The notes below the pieces were generated by a model. The model was given only the letters and a program-made list of their open reading frames with translations. It was not told the DNA's origin and made no database searches. Both the position numbers and the translations under genes were made by a program. Positions 12,800 to 23,892 of a DNA stretch of 64,000 nt are shown here, in pieces (the first letter of the stretch is position 1; each line of letters starts with the position of its first letter). Source of the DNA: Prorocentrum cordatum (Eukaryota); NCBI GenBank assembly GCA_963575745.1, contig CAUYUJ010000096.1, forward strand, positions 1-64,000. The letters are read 5' to 3'.

Positions 12800-13188
12800 T
12801 GGGGTTGGCTCCGGATCAGATGCCTCTTTGACGAGCAATGGGTCATCTTCGCGCTGAGGGTTGGCCGTCATAGTAAACGACATCGGCCCTTTATCCTCAG
12901 TAGCCGTCCCGCACTTGTCAGCCATGAGTGCCAGATGTCCAGGAGGTGTCTTCATCAAATCAAGTACTCTAGCACCCTTTCCAAATAAGATCTTGTACAT
13001 CTCCGCGCCAGGCGTGATCATCTTCTCGTGCCTCTGCTCCAGGATCAGGATGGCCCTCATGTTGGACATGCTCCTCAGACCCAGGATGGCAGGGGGTTTC
13101 CCCCCAGAACCCTCAGCTACATTTGCAGAATAAGTTACAAGTCTCGGCGCAGCAGGTGCCCCCGCCGGATCTCGCTTTCTTTGCGCGC
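12800..13188. repeat. ~390-bp diverged direct repeat, copy 2 (partner 8158-8548)
   Basis: Collinear with copy 1, with scattered substitutions. Confidence 0.95.
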
Positions 13189-13829
13189 ACTCTTGCGGTG
13201 CAGGGATTTATCGATATCGCGGCGCCATGTCCCACTCCTGACACGAGGAGCCTCTTCGTCAGGGTCAGCCTCTTGATGGCGTGTCCGTGGGAGCGAGATA
13301 CCTGTTCAAAGGTCTGTGTCGTCTTCAAACCAGTGATATTGATATTGCTGCCAATATCCAGAAAAATCGTCAACATACCATTTCTCATAGTTCCACTGTT
13401 AGCTGCCAAGGCTAGTTCGTGGCGTTCACCAAACAGTCCAAGCACTTCATACAATGTCGCGCCGTGCATGCCTTTGCGGCGCCTCTGCTCCGACAACCAG
13501 TCGTTTCGTGACAAAGATGTAAAGGCATTCATATAGCCACGAGCCTCCTCTTCGGTCGTAGGATTCCTTTCAAAAAAGATCCAGGCTGTAGGATACTCGT
13601 CGTAGGTATATGGGTGTGATGCGGAGGTGGTGGGCAAGTTCAGGAACGTGTCCTCATCCGCGCGCATGCCCATTTGACCATCCGTACTTACCATAAACAC
13701 AATATGCAGCATATCGCGTTTGGATATCACACTACTGCCACTACGCGCGCTTACAGGGCTCTCCGTCCTGCGCTGATTGCGTGGGCGGAGGTCTCGCCCA
13801 TGCATCGCCGTGACGAAAGTTTCTTTCAA
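13113..13829 (-). pseudogene. Retropepsin-like aspartic protease region
   Basis: IFLDIGSNINITG (D-[TS]-G-like) followed by LLVSGVGHG. The LPAILG-type segment follows after a frameshift. Confidence 0.7.
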
Positions 13830-15929
13830 TTTGCCTTTTGGAATGACGCGCTCGTGCGGAGTTCGGAGTAATTTTACTAAAACTACTCCGCGCGCAGTCG
13901 CATCCCGCTCAATGATTTATATGGCTTGGTGCGGAGTAGTTTCCGATCCCGTTTCGGGGTGACGGAAATATTCACGTCTCCGGGATCGGAAACTACTCCG
14001 CCGAATGATCCCAGCACCATGTCATGTTAGGAATTTTGAGAGGGATGGGAGAGATCTTCATCATAGCAAAGTGAAGCAACTTTTGTCACTGCTGTGTATG
14101 GCACGTATGTATTTGGAGACTGAAGCCACTGAGCGCTCCTGCCAGTAGCCCTCTCCGTGCGCCTCAACCGCGTATCGTTCACTGGCACCGAAGGTGGTGC
14201 TGATATAGCAGGTGCCCCTGCGTTGTTGTCGGTCTCTGCCGCCAATGGCATGGGCGTGTCTATTGCAGGTGTCCCTGCAACTGTGATTGCCGCCGTTACT
14301 AGCCCCGCGCTGGCTGATAATGCAGGCTGCCCCGCTGGTGTCGTCATCGAGACTGCCACGTTGCCCGTCATCATCGCCGTGGCGCAGTTGAGCTCTTCGC
14401 GGAGGTCCCTGAGCTCGTTCGCCCCTCGGAGTATAGCTTCATGACGATTGAGTGACTCCTGATCTCCGGCAAGGGCGTAATGTAACCCGGCAGTAATTAA
14501 GCCAACACCCCGCAGATAGCGCAGGGGGCCTCACTTGCGAAACCTTCCATGTACCCAGCCAGCTGTCTACCCGCATGAGCATGTGCCTCTGGATCCCAGC
14601 AGTGTGCGTGGAATATGTGGCCGCACTGGAGCCCCCAGATTTTTATCATGGTTCATCAAAAAATGTCCAAGCATATGGCGCACTTGTTGAAGTCGCCGTC
14701 ACTGATGATGGGCGGTGTTGCCGATGGCCTGGTACGCGTCTGACGCTCCAGGGTGCTCTCACCAGCCTCGTACCGAATCGGTGAAACGTCGGTAGCTTCA
14801 TTGCTGCAAGCGTGGCTGGACTGATCGCAGGTGTCCCTGCTGTATTGGGATTGGCAGGTTGCCCCGCGCGGCTCAGCATTCTATTGGCCTGACGCTCCTG
14901 ATTTCGACGCTGAAGGGCAGAATGCGTCTCCAGGTTGGCCTGCTGCGCCTCATGTATGGCTAGGATTTCAGGGCGCAGCCCTCCCATGGTCGATGGCAGT
15001 ACTAGGCCTGGGGCCTGTTGCTGCACATCTTGATCCATGGGGGCGGCCAGATATCCATAGTGAGGGATCTGGCCTGGCACGCCTGATGCATGCCCTGAGC
15101 CACGCGTCAGCTGCGACTGGTGGAAGTCGTCGGCCGTCGCCCGAACATATGGGTTCTCGGGCTGTGCTCCCACTCGGGGAGTACCACTCACCTTTGCGTG
15201 ATAGTCAGGATAGAGTGGGTGATCCATTGGTGCTGCTGTTGAACGGTCAGCAGACGTTGGATCGTATGTCGGATGACTGAACAATCCTGGCACGTATCCA
15301 AACCGATTGGGGTTGTCCGGTGATGGATTTGGATCCGTAACATACTCCCAAGGCGGCGTCCAGTTGGCACTAGGGAGGTCAATGCCGTCCCTACGCGTAC
15401 TCTGAGCGGCTTCACGCATCTGCCGATGCATCTTGCTGACCAACCAAACTCTCGGTTCTCTGTGCAACATATTGGTCGGGAAAAGCAGGGTGCCCCGCAT
15501 GTGGGCATGGCGATGCAAATGGCGATGTCGCCTGTGAAGCCTGATAGAGCTGCGGATCCATTCGAATGCTTTGGAGCCTCGCCTGCAGGCTGTTCGTGCT
15601 CCCAACATTCTGTGGAGTACCAAATGGTGTGGTAGCTCCGCTCATTGGAGCAGATGAAGCAGGTTGTCCTGCAGGCACTGGCAGTTGTTGTACATGAGCA
15701 CGCCACGGTTCGTTAACGTACAGCGTGTCGGAGGGCGTGATGCCACTTGAAGTAATGCCTGTCACATCTGCGTTCTGAGCCTGTATCCGAGATCCATTAG
15801 ATCCCCCTGCAGGTGCCCCCGCGTAACGCGCGTCCTGTATCATAAGCACGCTTGAGAACTCGACCTCCTGAGCTGGAGGCGGACCGGGACACTTCAAATT
15901 TTAGGGGGTCATTGGGATGAATCAATCCT

Positions 15930-18041
15930 TCAAATATGATGCGTCGTTACGGAACTCGTACATTTTTCAATAGAAATATTACCACCCGGATACGGCTGAT
16001 TGCTGTCCCGCCAATATAAAGGATTGACCAATTTCCGTCCCACACGATTGTACAGACAATTGCGGTTGGGCAGAATCCCGATCAACTGGACCATGTGGGT
16101 CGGAGGAATCCTGCCGTTGCGGCCCGCTGGCATGACGATGTCATTTGCTGAGCGCCAAATCGGAATGTTGCCCCGAAGCAATTTCTTCAGGCTAACCATG
16201 GCCAACACCTCGGAATCAACGCGCAGGCCGGACTGGATTCGACTGTCACAAGGAAGGTATGGGCAACTGTGTACAAACTGTCTGCCCCTCTTCTTGCTGG
16301 TGTCGTCGGAACGGCATGACAATCCAATGCTAAGTATACTCGGAATATTTCCCCATTGAGTTCCATACATGAAATAACAAGGTGCACCAGGAGCGGACGC
16401 ATCAGTAATTCTCAAATATAATGATTCAGGGCACAATACACCAGGGCTGATGTGTCCGATACTTGGACGGATGAAGTGCGTGTCGTGCTTCTCGGAGGCG
16501 TACTTCAACTTCTTGAGCTGCAGCCTGTTCTTTTTCATTCCAGTCTCATCAACCGTGCCAATACATTCCAGCACAGCGTAAGCCTGGTACGCCCAATGCT
16601 TGTCCTTGAGCTTGTAGCGTGCAATCTCCAGGTGCTTGTAGAGGTAGGTCTCATATGGTTCAGCCGGCAAATTTTTGAGTAACTGTGATATTTCTGCCCA
16701 TCCGACGTATTCGTCGTAAGATGGTACTCCCCGCAGAAACATGTCCGAACGTTTACCTTTATGAAAAAAAGGTTTGAGACGGAGGGCAGTCGGCAGCCAC
16801 CCTGAAATCTGGCGCTGCTTCCCATAGCTGAACTTCGGCTTGTGAACATATTCTGATATGAAGACCCCTTCCAGATATTGCTTCTCAGAGTCAAGCGTGA
16901 GTAGTGGGCGTTTCCACAAAAGGTTGCGCACAACTTGGCGCGTGTGTGACTCTGGGTCATGATGAACGGCAGTGTCCACGAGGTTGCATTGGACCACCAT
17001 GTATCGATCAGACCCGTCGTCAATCTGGGGATTATACGCTGGGTGGATCTTTGTGCGGTTGGACGTGCGTATCCTTTCCCAGTACTCTCGGCACTCCAAT
17101 GGCACCCCCAAAGTGGGGGCAGGTTGTCCCGCTGAGCTCTGAGCAGGTTGCCTCGCGGAACTCTGAGCAGGTTGCCCCGCGGAGCGTGGGGCTGCCACTG
17201 GTGCGGCAGGTGCTGCGGCGCTCGCCGCCGATATGGCAGCGCCAGCAGTTCCCCTGGGCGTCCGTGGAGTTCCTGTGGGGGTACTGATATCGAAATCCTG
17301 AGGTGTCTTTTCCTTGATGTTATCAGACTCGACTGTCTTATCTTTGGGCGCCGTTCCTGGCGCCTTCGATGAGGTGGCCAGTAGCTTTCCAGCACCGCGT
17401 TTCGTAGAGGAAACATTCCTTGTCCGTCCTTCCAGCGTGGGCGCCCATCGTGTCCGGTGCGTCCGACCTGGTGCAGGGCCGCGACGTGCCACAGGTTCCT
17501 TTGGAGTAGGCGTACTGCTGCCCTGAAATGCAGCTGCTGCGGCAGCCACTGCTGGTCCTCTGGATCGTTGTCGATCAGCAGGTTGCCCCGCATGTCGCTG
17601 CTGCTTGCTGACCTCAGGGTTGGGATCATCTGGGCTCATTCTCTGCTTTCTCTTGGGTCTGAACTGATCGGGGCCAAGAGATGGGCTTGATGAATCAGAA
17701 GATGGGGGAATATCGATGATCGCCTCTGGCTTTGGCTTAGGAGTTGCCTTTGCCGTGGCTCCTGCCGGCGCCCCTTGTGCATGACGTATGGGGCCTCGGT
17801 CAGGATTCAGATCGACATTATCCGGCGCCCTGAGGGCCATGTTTTTAATGATGGTTGTGTGCTTACCTGAAACAAGTAGGCATTGGCGTTTCGTCTTTCG
17901 ACTATGCTTGTCTTTATCCAGCCAACACTCTGAGCACTGTAGGCAATCCGCCTCCCAGGAGATAGATCCATATCTCCTGTGACATCGTGCGCGGGGTCGA
18001 TCGGGGTATCCGTCTGACACGTGACGTCCGTAAGACCCCAA
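15930..18041 (-). CDS. Polyprotein segment with a Tpt1/KptA-like NAD+-dependent RNA 2'-phosphotransferase domain (~16080-16830), probably decayed
   Basis: Ordered motifs: ISGWLPTALRL, GWAEISQLL, KNRLQL, FIRPSIGHIS, MYGTQWGNIPSILSIGLS, GRQFVH, SGLRVDSEV, IWRSANDIVMPAGRNGRIPP. Confidence 0.8.
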   Translation of the reverse strand: MGSYGRHVSDGYPDRPRARCHRRYGSISWEADCLQCSECWLDKDKHSRKTKRQCLLVSGKHTTIIKNMALRAPDNVDLNPDRGPIRHAQGAPAGATAKATPKPKPEAIIDIPPSSDSSSPSLGPDQFRPKRKQRMSPDDPNPEVSKQQRHAGQPADRQRSRGPAVAAAAAAFQGSSTPTPKEPVARRGPAPGRTHRTRWAPTLEGRTRNVSSTKRGAGKLLATSSKAPGTAPKDKTVESDNIKEKTPQDFDISTPTGTPRTPRGTAGAAISAASAAAPAAPVAAPRSAGQPAQSSARQPAQSSAGQPAPTLGVPLECREYWERIRTSNRTKIHPAYNPQIDDGSDRYMVVQCNLVDTAVHHDPESHTRQVVRNLLWKRPLLTLDSEKQYLEGVFISEYVHKPKFSYGKQRQISGWLPTALRLKPFFHKGKRSDMFLRGVPSYDEYVGWAEISQLLKNLPAEPYETYLYKHLEIARYKLKDKHWAYQAYAVLECIGTVDETGMKKNRLQLKKLKYASEKHDTHFIRPSIGHISPGVLCPESLYLRITDASAPGAPCYFMYGTQWGNIPSILSIGLSCRSDDTSKKRGRQFVHSCPYLPCDSRIQSGLRVDSEVLAMVSLKKLLRGNIPIWRSANDIVMPAGRNGRIPPTHMVQLIGILPNRNCLYNRVGRKLVNPLYWRDSNQPYPGGNISIEKCTSSVTTHHI

Positions 18042-19539
18042 TCGCTGGACTCGTAACCTTCAGGGGCAGCGTCCGTAGGATCAACTTCTTCAGCCATCTC
18101 ATCATCTTCATCTTCACCAGCTTCTCGTTGGCCTTCTTCTTCTGATTTGTGATCAGCAGGTTTCTCTGCGTGCCAATCGCGATTGAACTGCGCCAAATAG
18201 TGAGTGGGTGTCAAGTTTTTCCAAACGAGGCTTATGCGGGCTATGTCGTCAGCTGTGGCATGGTCGTAATCGCTCTCCGTCAGCTGCTCTTTATATGGCG
18301 TAGTATTGGGATCGGTGCAATGACCCCGACCTTAACCATGAGACCAAATCCACGGTGTTCTTCTAAAACTCGTGCTTCTTGATGGACGTCTCATGGGGCA
18401 ACCAAGCCTGTCGCCAAAATATATTCGGGGCATGAGCAACGCACGTTTCTGTAGAGCTTCCGTTCCTCGATGATAGCCCTCTTGACGTTGCGCGTGGCCA
18501 TCTTATCTTGTGATTTGGTAGGTCCTGTCCTCGTCGAGCGTATGATCTTGCCTGCCTCATCTCGTTTGACCTTGTGAAGAGAATGCCAATGCTGGATTTG
18601 ATGCTCTCTCCAACCCTGATCCAGCCAGTATTCCATCTGACCTGAGGGTGTGTGCAGACGAGCCAATCCAGCTTCCGTGTAGCCTTTGAGACGCTGTATG
18701 CTATCCGCTGGACATTCCTCTCCTCGCGGTTGGTCAACTAGAGGCGGGCGTCCCCGCGAGCGCTCCCTCCCTGGATGAGTATCCAGTCAATTCGCCTGCC
18801 GTGGCGGGGCCTTTGGGGCCCCCCCGCGCCAGGGGGGTAAGGGCGTTGAACGCCGCTAGAACGAGCGCCACTGGAGCGGGCTCGCCTGCGATGTGGTGAG
18901 CGGCTGGGAACCCGACCGCGACGTATCGTGCGGTCACTGTCTTCCCGTTCGTCGTCCTCGCCGTCGTCGCGACAATTCTCCTTCCCCCAGGCTGGGCGGC
19001 TTGGAGATCGCTTCTGGCGGCTGATGGGTCGATCTGATGCAGCAAAAGTGTATTGAAATTCTTCAATATGACCGAGCTCATATTGAATGCGCTCAGATAG
19101 ATCACCAGCGTCTCGCGGGCTTCCTCGCAGAGGATCACCAGCAAGTAATAACATGTCTGTCGGATTTCCAATCGCCCGAGGATAGGGCACCGCAGGTATT
19201 TCTTCATCTGTTGCAGGCATAATAGATTCTGAGTCTGCGGGTGCCCCCGCCATGCCAAAGTCTCCTTCGGCGGGCGCGTGGAAGTTCTCGACAAAGTCAA
19301 TATCTGCAGGTTGCCCCGCGATGGGTATACCCAGCCATTCTGCCAAATCGATGCCGTTGTGGCCAGTGAACACCTCCTCGAAAAGCTCGTCGGCGTAATT
19401 CTCGAAGGTCATGCTGGCACTGAGATACCTGGCAGCCATGAAGTGAACAATTGTGGCTGAGCTGTCGGCAGAGTCGGCTAATAGCGACTCCCAATCAACA
19501 TACTCTACGTCGGAGTCTGTTTGAGCCAAATGCATTGAC

Positions 19540-21411
19540 GGACCCCTGCCTCTTCCATCACCTTGGGGGCACTCACGTCGAAAATGCTGTGTGCTGTGGC
19601 ATATGTCGCGCTCCATTGTTTTTACCGTTGGCATCCTTTGGATTTCCCCGCCATCCCTTGCCTTTGCCTGTTGTGTGCCTGCGGTTTCTGCCAGCGCCAA
19701 AGCGCATTTCTTCATGCTGAGGTCCAGTAAGAGACGCCGAGAATGCTAGTATGCCTCTGCCATGTAATGGCCAACGCTGGCCTTTGCCTTTACTTCGACC
19801 CTTGCCTTTTCCCTTAGTTGATCGTCGTACAATGCGTCTTACTTTTCGGACTGGTTTCTTCATGAAGCTCCGCCAACGACGCTTGTGTTTTTGATAGCTT
19901 AAAAAATAAGCATTGAGCTTGTTGCTCTTCAGTAAGGTATGTAGGCATATCAGAATAATCCAGGGCGGTAGCTTCGTCATCTGAAGACGTAACCGTATCG
20001 GTGCCGGAGTCGAAGTCGGACTCGGAGGGTTGCCCCGCTGAGCCCATTAGGATCATGGCTTGTATGGGGGAGACCGCGTCGGGCGGTCCCCTAGGTCTGG
20101 CCCAGGAATCTTGCGACCCCGAAGCCGTTCCACCATTCTGAGCCAGCTGTGTAGTGGTCTCAGTTGACTGTGGATCATCATTCCAGACGTTGTTGGCAGG
20201 TTGCCCTGCGTTGGCCTCCACATGGAAGGTCTCGGTTCGGTGACCGTGACTAAAGATACCACCAATACTGCCGGGGGTTCTCTCAGCAATGTGAGCAGAT
20301 GACCTCATACGTTCAAGTAGAGCGTCAAATTGTTGAAGGTCTCTCGGCATGTGGTGGTTCAGAGGCTGCAGGAGTTGTTGTGCACGCGATGTCCCCACTC
20401 CAAAGGCTCTGAATATAATCGCTGTTAGGATTTGGAAATTGGGGATGTTGAAGCCGGCTCTTTCAGCTTCGTAGCGGGCTATCTCAAGCCGTGCTAACGT
20501 CTGGTCGATACGTTCACCCGCATGGACTCGAAAGTCAATAAGAGCCGTACCAGAATTGAGTTAGCGCTCCTCTTCTAGGCTCTCGAACTTCGTGCTTAAG
20601 AGGAACATAATGTGGGTGGCGCCATCGGTGTGGCGACCACCTATGTTGACGCCAAAATGGATAACTGCTGGGGGACTCTCATGGCTATGGTCTGTGCGAG
20701 ACCTCCCAAACTTCGCTGCAACGCTGCAGCCTGCTGGGAGGGCGTCGTATTGCCTGTGGTCACACTGATCCAGGCATGTACTTCGCGGACGAATTCGCGA
20801 AAAGGTACTTGACCGGCAGGGTCCCGATGGGGGCCGGTCGTTCTTGTGTCGTCTCCGCCACGCATATGTCCTACCGCACACCCAATAGCGACCCATGCGA
20901 GCCCAAATATAGTAACACCAATCCAACGGCCTCGTAGGTCGTAATCGGATGTAGTCGGTTGGGACTTCTGTTGTTTAGTCGTAAGTCTGCGTGGGGTCGG
21001 AGGCGGCAATATGTCGTATCGCATGTTTCCATGGATTATGTCTTCGAAGAAATTTCCAATTGGAGTAAGTGGGTGGACTCCAGGAGTGTAGTAGCGCAGG
21101 GATGTAATATGTAAGTAAGAGACCTCCGCTTGGACAGAGGTATCGCTGCAAGTTTCCTTGCGGTACTGCGTAGTTATATTCATTCCTCCGCGCAAACCCA
21201 CTGCACCCTGATGTTCCACCATATCTGTAATCCACCAGAAAGTGCCGTGGATGGTGAGGAGTAGAGCAAGAACTGAGCACCATAGGCCAGATCCGCTACC
21301 AAGTTTGAAGGGGGCTGGGAGGCCCAGCCAGCAGCTTCGCCTCAAGCGAAGCCAGACTCCCGTTCTGCTGTACCGTAGTAGCCATAGTCCCGGTATGAGA
21401 GGATGTGCCAT
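19540..21411 (-). pseudogene. gag-like region with N-terminal hydrophobic segments and decayed CCHC knuckle
   Basis: PFREFVREVHAW...QQAAALQRSLGGLA; GKGKG runs; GNPKDANGK; (R)DICHSTQHFRRECP. Frameshifted. Confidence 0.7.
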
Positions 21412-21559
21412 CTCAAGCAGTAGGAGGATCCTTTTGGTCTCGATAGCGATTGTGTGCCTCGCAATGAAACGCAGTCATAGTTGGGCGGCCGGCCGCTTGA
21501 GCCGACGCGGCCGCAGGCGCACGCTCGCTTCCACTCCTTACGTCCCTCATCTCGCTTTA

Positions 21560-22295
21560 GAGTTCCCCAGCCCCCACGAGGACCCCCAACGGGCCTCAAG
21601 AACTCAAGAGGGCCCACAGATGCGATTTTGATGGCTCTAGAGGGCGAGGCACATGGGGGACCCTCCTTTCTTTTGATGGATGGCCTCCAAGATGGCTCCA
21701 AGAGACCCTCCAGAGCTCCCAAGAGGGCCCCAGGGGAGCCTCAAAGGCCCACCTTAAAAAACCTCAGAAATGCCTCGAGAGGATCCCTAAGAGGACCCAA
21801 GAATACCACCAGATGGTTCCAGGAGTCCTCGCCCGTGTCGCCCTCATCCTCGTCCCCGCCCTCGTCAATGTCCTCAATGTCCTCGTCGTCCTCCCCTGTC
21901 CTCGTCGTTCTCATCCTTCTCCTCCTCCTCGTCCTCCTCCTCCTCGTCATCGTTATCATCCTCGTCCCCCTCCTTCTTCGCCTCTTCCTCCTCCTCCTCC
22001 TCCTCGTCCTCCTGCTTGTCCTCGTCCTCGTCCTCCTTCCCGTCGTCCTCATCCTTTTCCTGATCCTCGTCAATCTCCTCCTGCGCCTCCTCCTCCTCCT
22101 CCTCCTCTTCCTCCTCCTCCTGCTCCTGCTCCTCCTGCTCCTCCTGCTGCTCCTCCTCCTCCTCCTCCGCCTCCTCTTCCTCCCCTTCGTCGATCTCACC
22201 AATGTTGCCCCCCTTGCTTCACTACATACTTACCAACGTCCCTCCTTCAGACAACTCCCCTGGGCATCGTGTCTGGATGGGCTGGCGGGGCTCCT
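21560..22295. repeat. Dispersed composite repeat (CCCAAGAG-rich, (CTC/GTC)n, conserved ~95-bp tail), copy 1
   Basis: Tail ACCAATG...CAGACAACTCCCCTGGGCATCGTGTCTGGATGGGC matches ~24713-24808. Related CCCAAGA-rich tracts at ~36.1-36.5 kb and ~43.1-44.1 kb. Confidence 0.8.
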
Positions 22296-22962
22296 TTTTG
22301 TCGCAACCGCAAGCGAAAACGCAGGCGGCGAGTAACGGAACTGGCGGGCCGCGCGCGAACATAATTGCCTAACGCGCCAGCGAAGAGAGCCTGGGCGGCA
22401 CCTCAGATCACCGGAAGCGGAAGGGGGTGTGGGCTGCAGCTGCCAGGAACCAGGTCCAGGAACGCGCGCGTGCAAAAGCCAACCGAAGTCGGGGCGCAGC
22501 CAAGCGCGGGAACGAGACCAGGATGAAGCCAAGAACGCCACCACAAAGGATCGCAGAAACCGGCAAGGCCGGGGGAACTCACTGACCAGGAACCTGGGCA
22601 TGGAAGTGGCGCCACCAAAGTCGCACGCAACGCTGACAAGTTGCCGCAGAGGGCGAGGACAAGACGCAGGATCAACCCCACGAGTCCTCATGCACCCACC
22701 CCCTGAAAGGGGGCAGCTCGCTTGCAGTGCATACCAGGAGGTAAAGCTGTCACCGATGGCCAGGAAGACGTCACTGACCAGGAGCCAGCACGAGTGGCGC
22801 CACTGAAGTCGCACACTCGCTCCTGAGGACACGCGCGCTCCCGAACACGGACGCCGACGTATGAGGAGAACTGACCAGGAACTGGGCAGGGGAACGCCTC
22901 AAGCACGTGGACGAGTGAACACGAATACCGTAGACACTGCCGTCAGAAAACCGTGGACGTAG

Positions 22963-23067
22963 TCAACACAGTCGGCCAACGGCCAGGAGAGCACAGGTTG
23001 AACCACGTGAACTCAGGGGCTCCATGCACCAGCCAGCAAATGGGCATGTGGAGCCAGGCCCGGCTGC
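22963..23067 (-). CDS. Candidate terminal exon 4 of the EF-hand/ART gene
   Basis: Pyrimidine tract, then CAG|G acceptor in phase 0, then 34 codons to TGA. No homology support. Confidence 0.3.
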   Translation of the reverse strand, partial: AAGPGSTCPFAGWCMEPLSSRGSTCALLAVGRLC

Positions 23068-23363
23068 CTGAGGAGGGGGGGAGGCTGGCGGGGCTACGCG
23101 GAGCGTGAAGAATATCACAGCGAGGGTTTGGGGAAATAACTACCCAAAACCAAGAGTGTTGTTCAGTCATAGGTCCAGGTCGCCCTCTGAGGCGACTCGG
23201 CGCCCGAGCCCGTCCGGCCAGCGAGCGGGCGCGGGATCGAGCCTGTTCGGCACCCGGCAGCCATCGTCGTCGTCGTCGTCGTCGTCGTAGTCGTCGTCGT
23301 CGTGAGCAACGTCTTCAACATCGTCGTCGTCGTCGTCGTCGCCGCCGCCGCCGCCGTCGCCGC

Positions 23364-23405
<42 letters not shown>

Positions 23406-23716
23406 GGTCGTGGTCGTCGTCGTCGTCCTCCCCCCCCTCTTCCTCCTCCTCCTCCTCCTCCTCCGTCCTCCACGTCCTCCTCCTCGTTCTCCTCGTCGTC
23501 GTCGTCCCCACCCTCCCCCTCCTCCTCCTCCTCCGCTTCCTCCTCCTCCTCCTCCTCCTCGCAGCACGGCAAGAGGGCGAGGTCTAATCAGACCTCCCAG
23601 GGGTACGTGGCAGAGGCGACTGCTGCACGCCCGAGGCAACACCCAGGAAGAGCGAGGTCTAGCCCGGCTCTGCGTGTATCACCACTCCGCCAGAACCCCC
23701 AAAAAGGCGCAGGATA

Positions 23717-23892
23717 CAGTGGGGGCGTTGACCTAAGGAACCCTAAATAAGGAACGAGGCCCCTATTTTCCATAAGTTGAACTTCGATTTCGTATCGAAA
23801 ACCTAAGGAAAATCCAAGGCAAGCTGCGAAACCATTAAGGAACACGGAGCCCCTCCCCAACGAAAAGGGTTCCTGCTTCAGGGCCCCGACTG
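23717..23892. mobile_element. 176-bp MITE, Tc1/mariner-like
   Basis: TA flanks at 23715-16 and 23893-94. Imperfect TIRs: left CAGTGGGGGCGTTGACCTAAGGAACCCT, reverse complement of right CAGTCGGGGCCCTGAAGCAGGAACCCT. Confidence 0.7.

Larger units (their letters stand above)
12786..21420 (-). mobile_element. Copia-like LTR retrotransposon, copy B (gag, Tpt1/KptA, protease; 3' truncated)
   Basis: Chain of - strand ORFs 20641..21411, 19814..20398, 18738..19715, 18363..18737, 15930..18041, 14646..15897, 13113..13829, with the same dispersed motif throughout. LTR pair not identified. Confidence 0.75.

Noticed and set aside
21420..21560. 5' LTR, primer-binding site or spliced leader (CTTGAGCC at ~21496) for copy B
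   Set aside because: No partner LTR in the window and only an 8-nt spliced-leader match.
21481..22364. Poly-Leu, poly-Arg and poly-Pro ORFs (similar ones at 23.2-23.6, 28-30.7 and 33.9-34.8 kb)
   Set aside because: Stop-free frames created by trinucleotide microsatellites.
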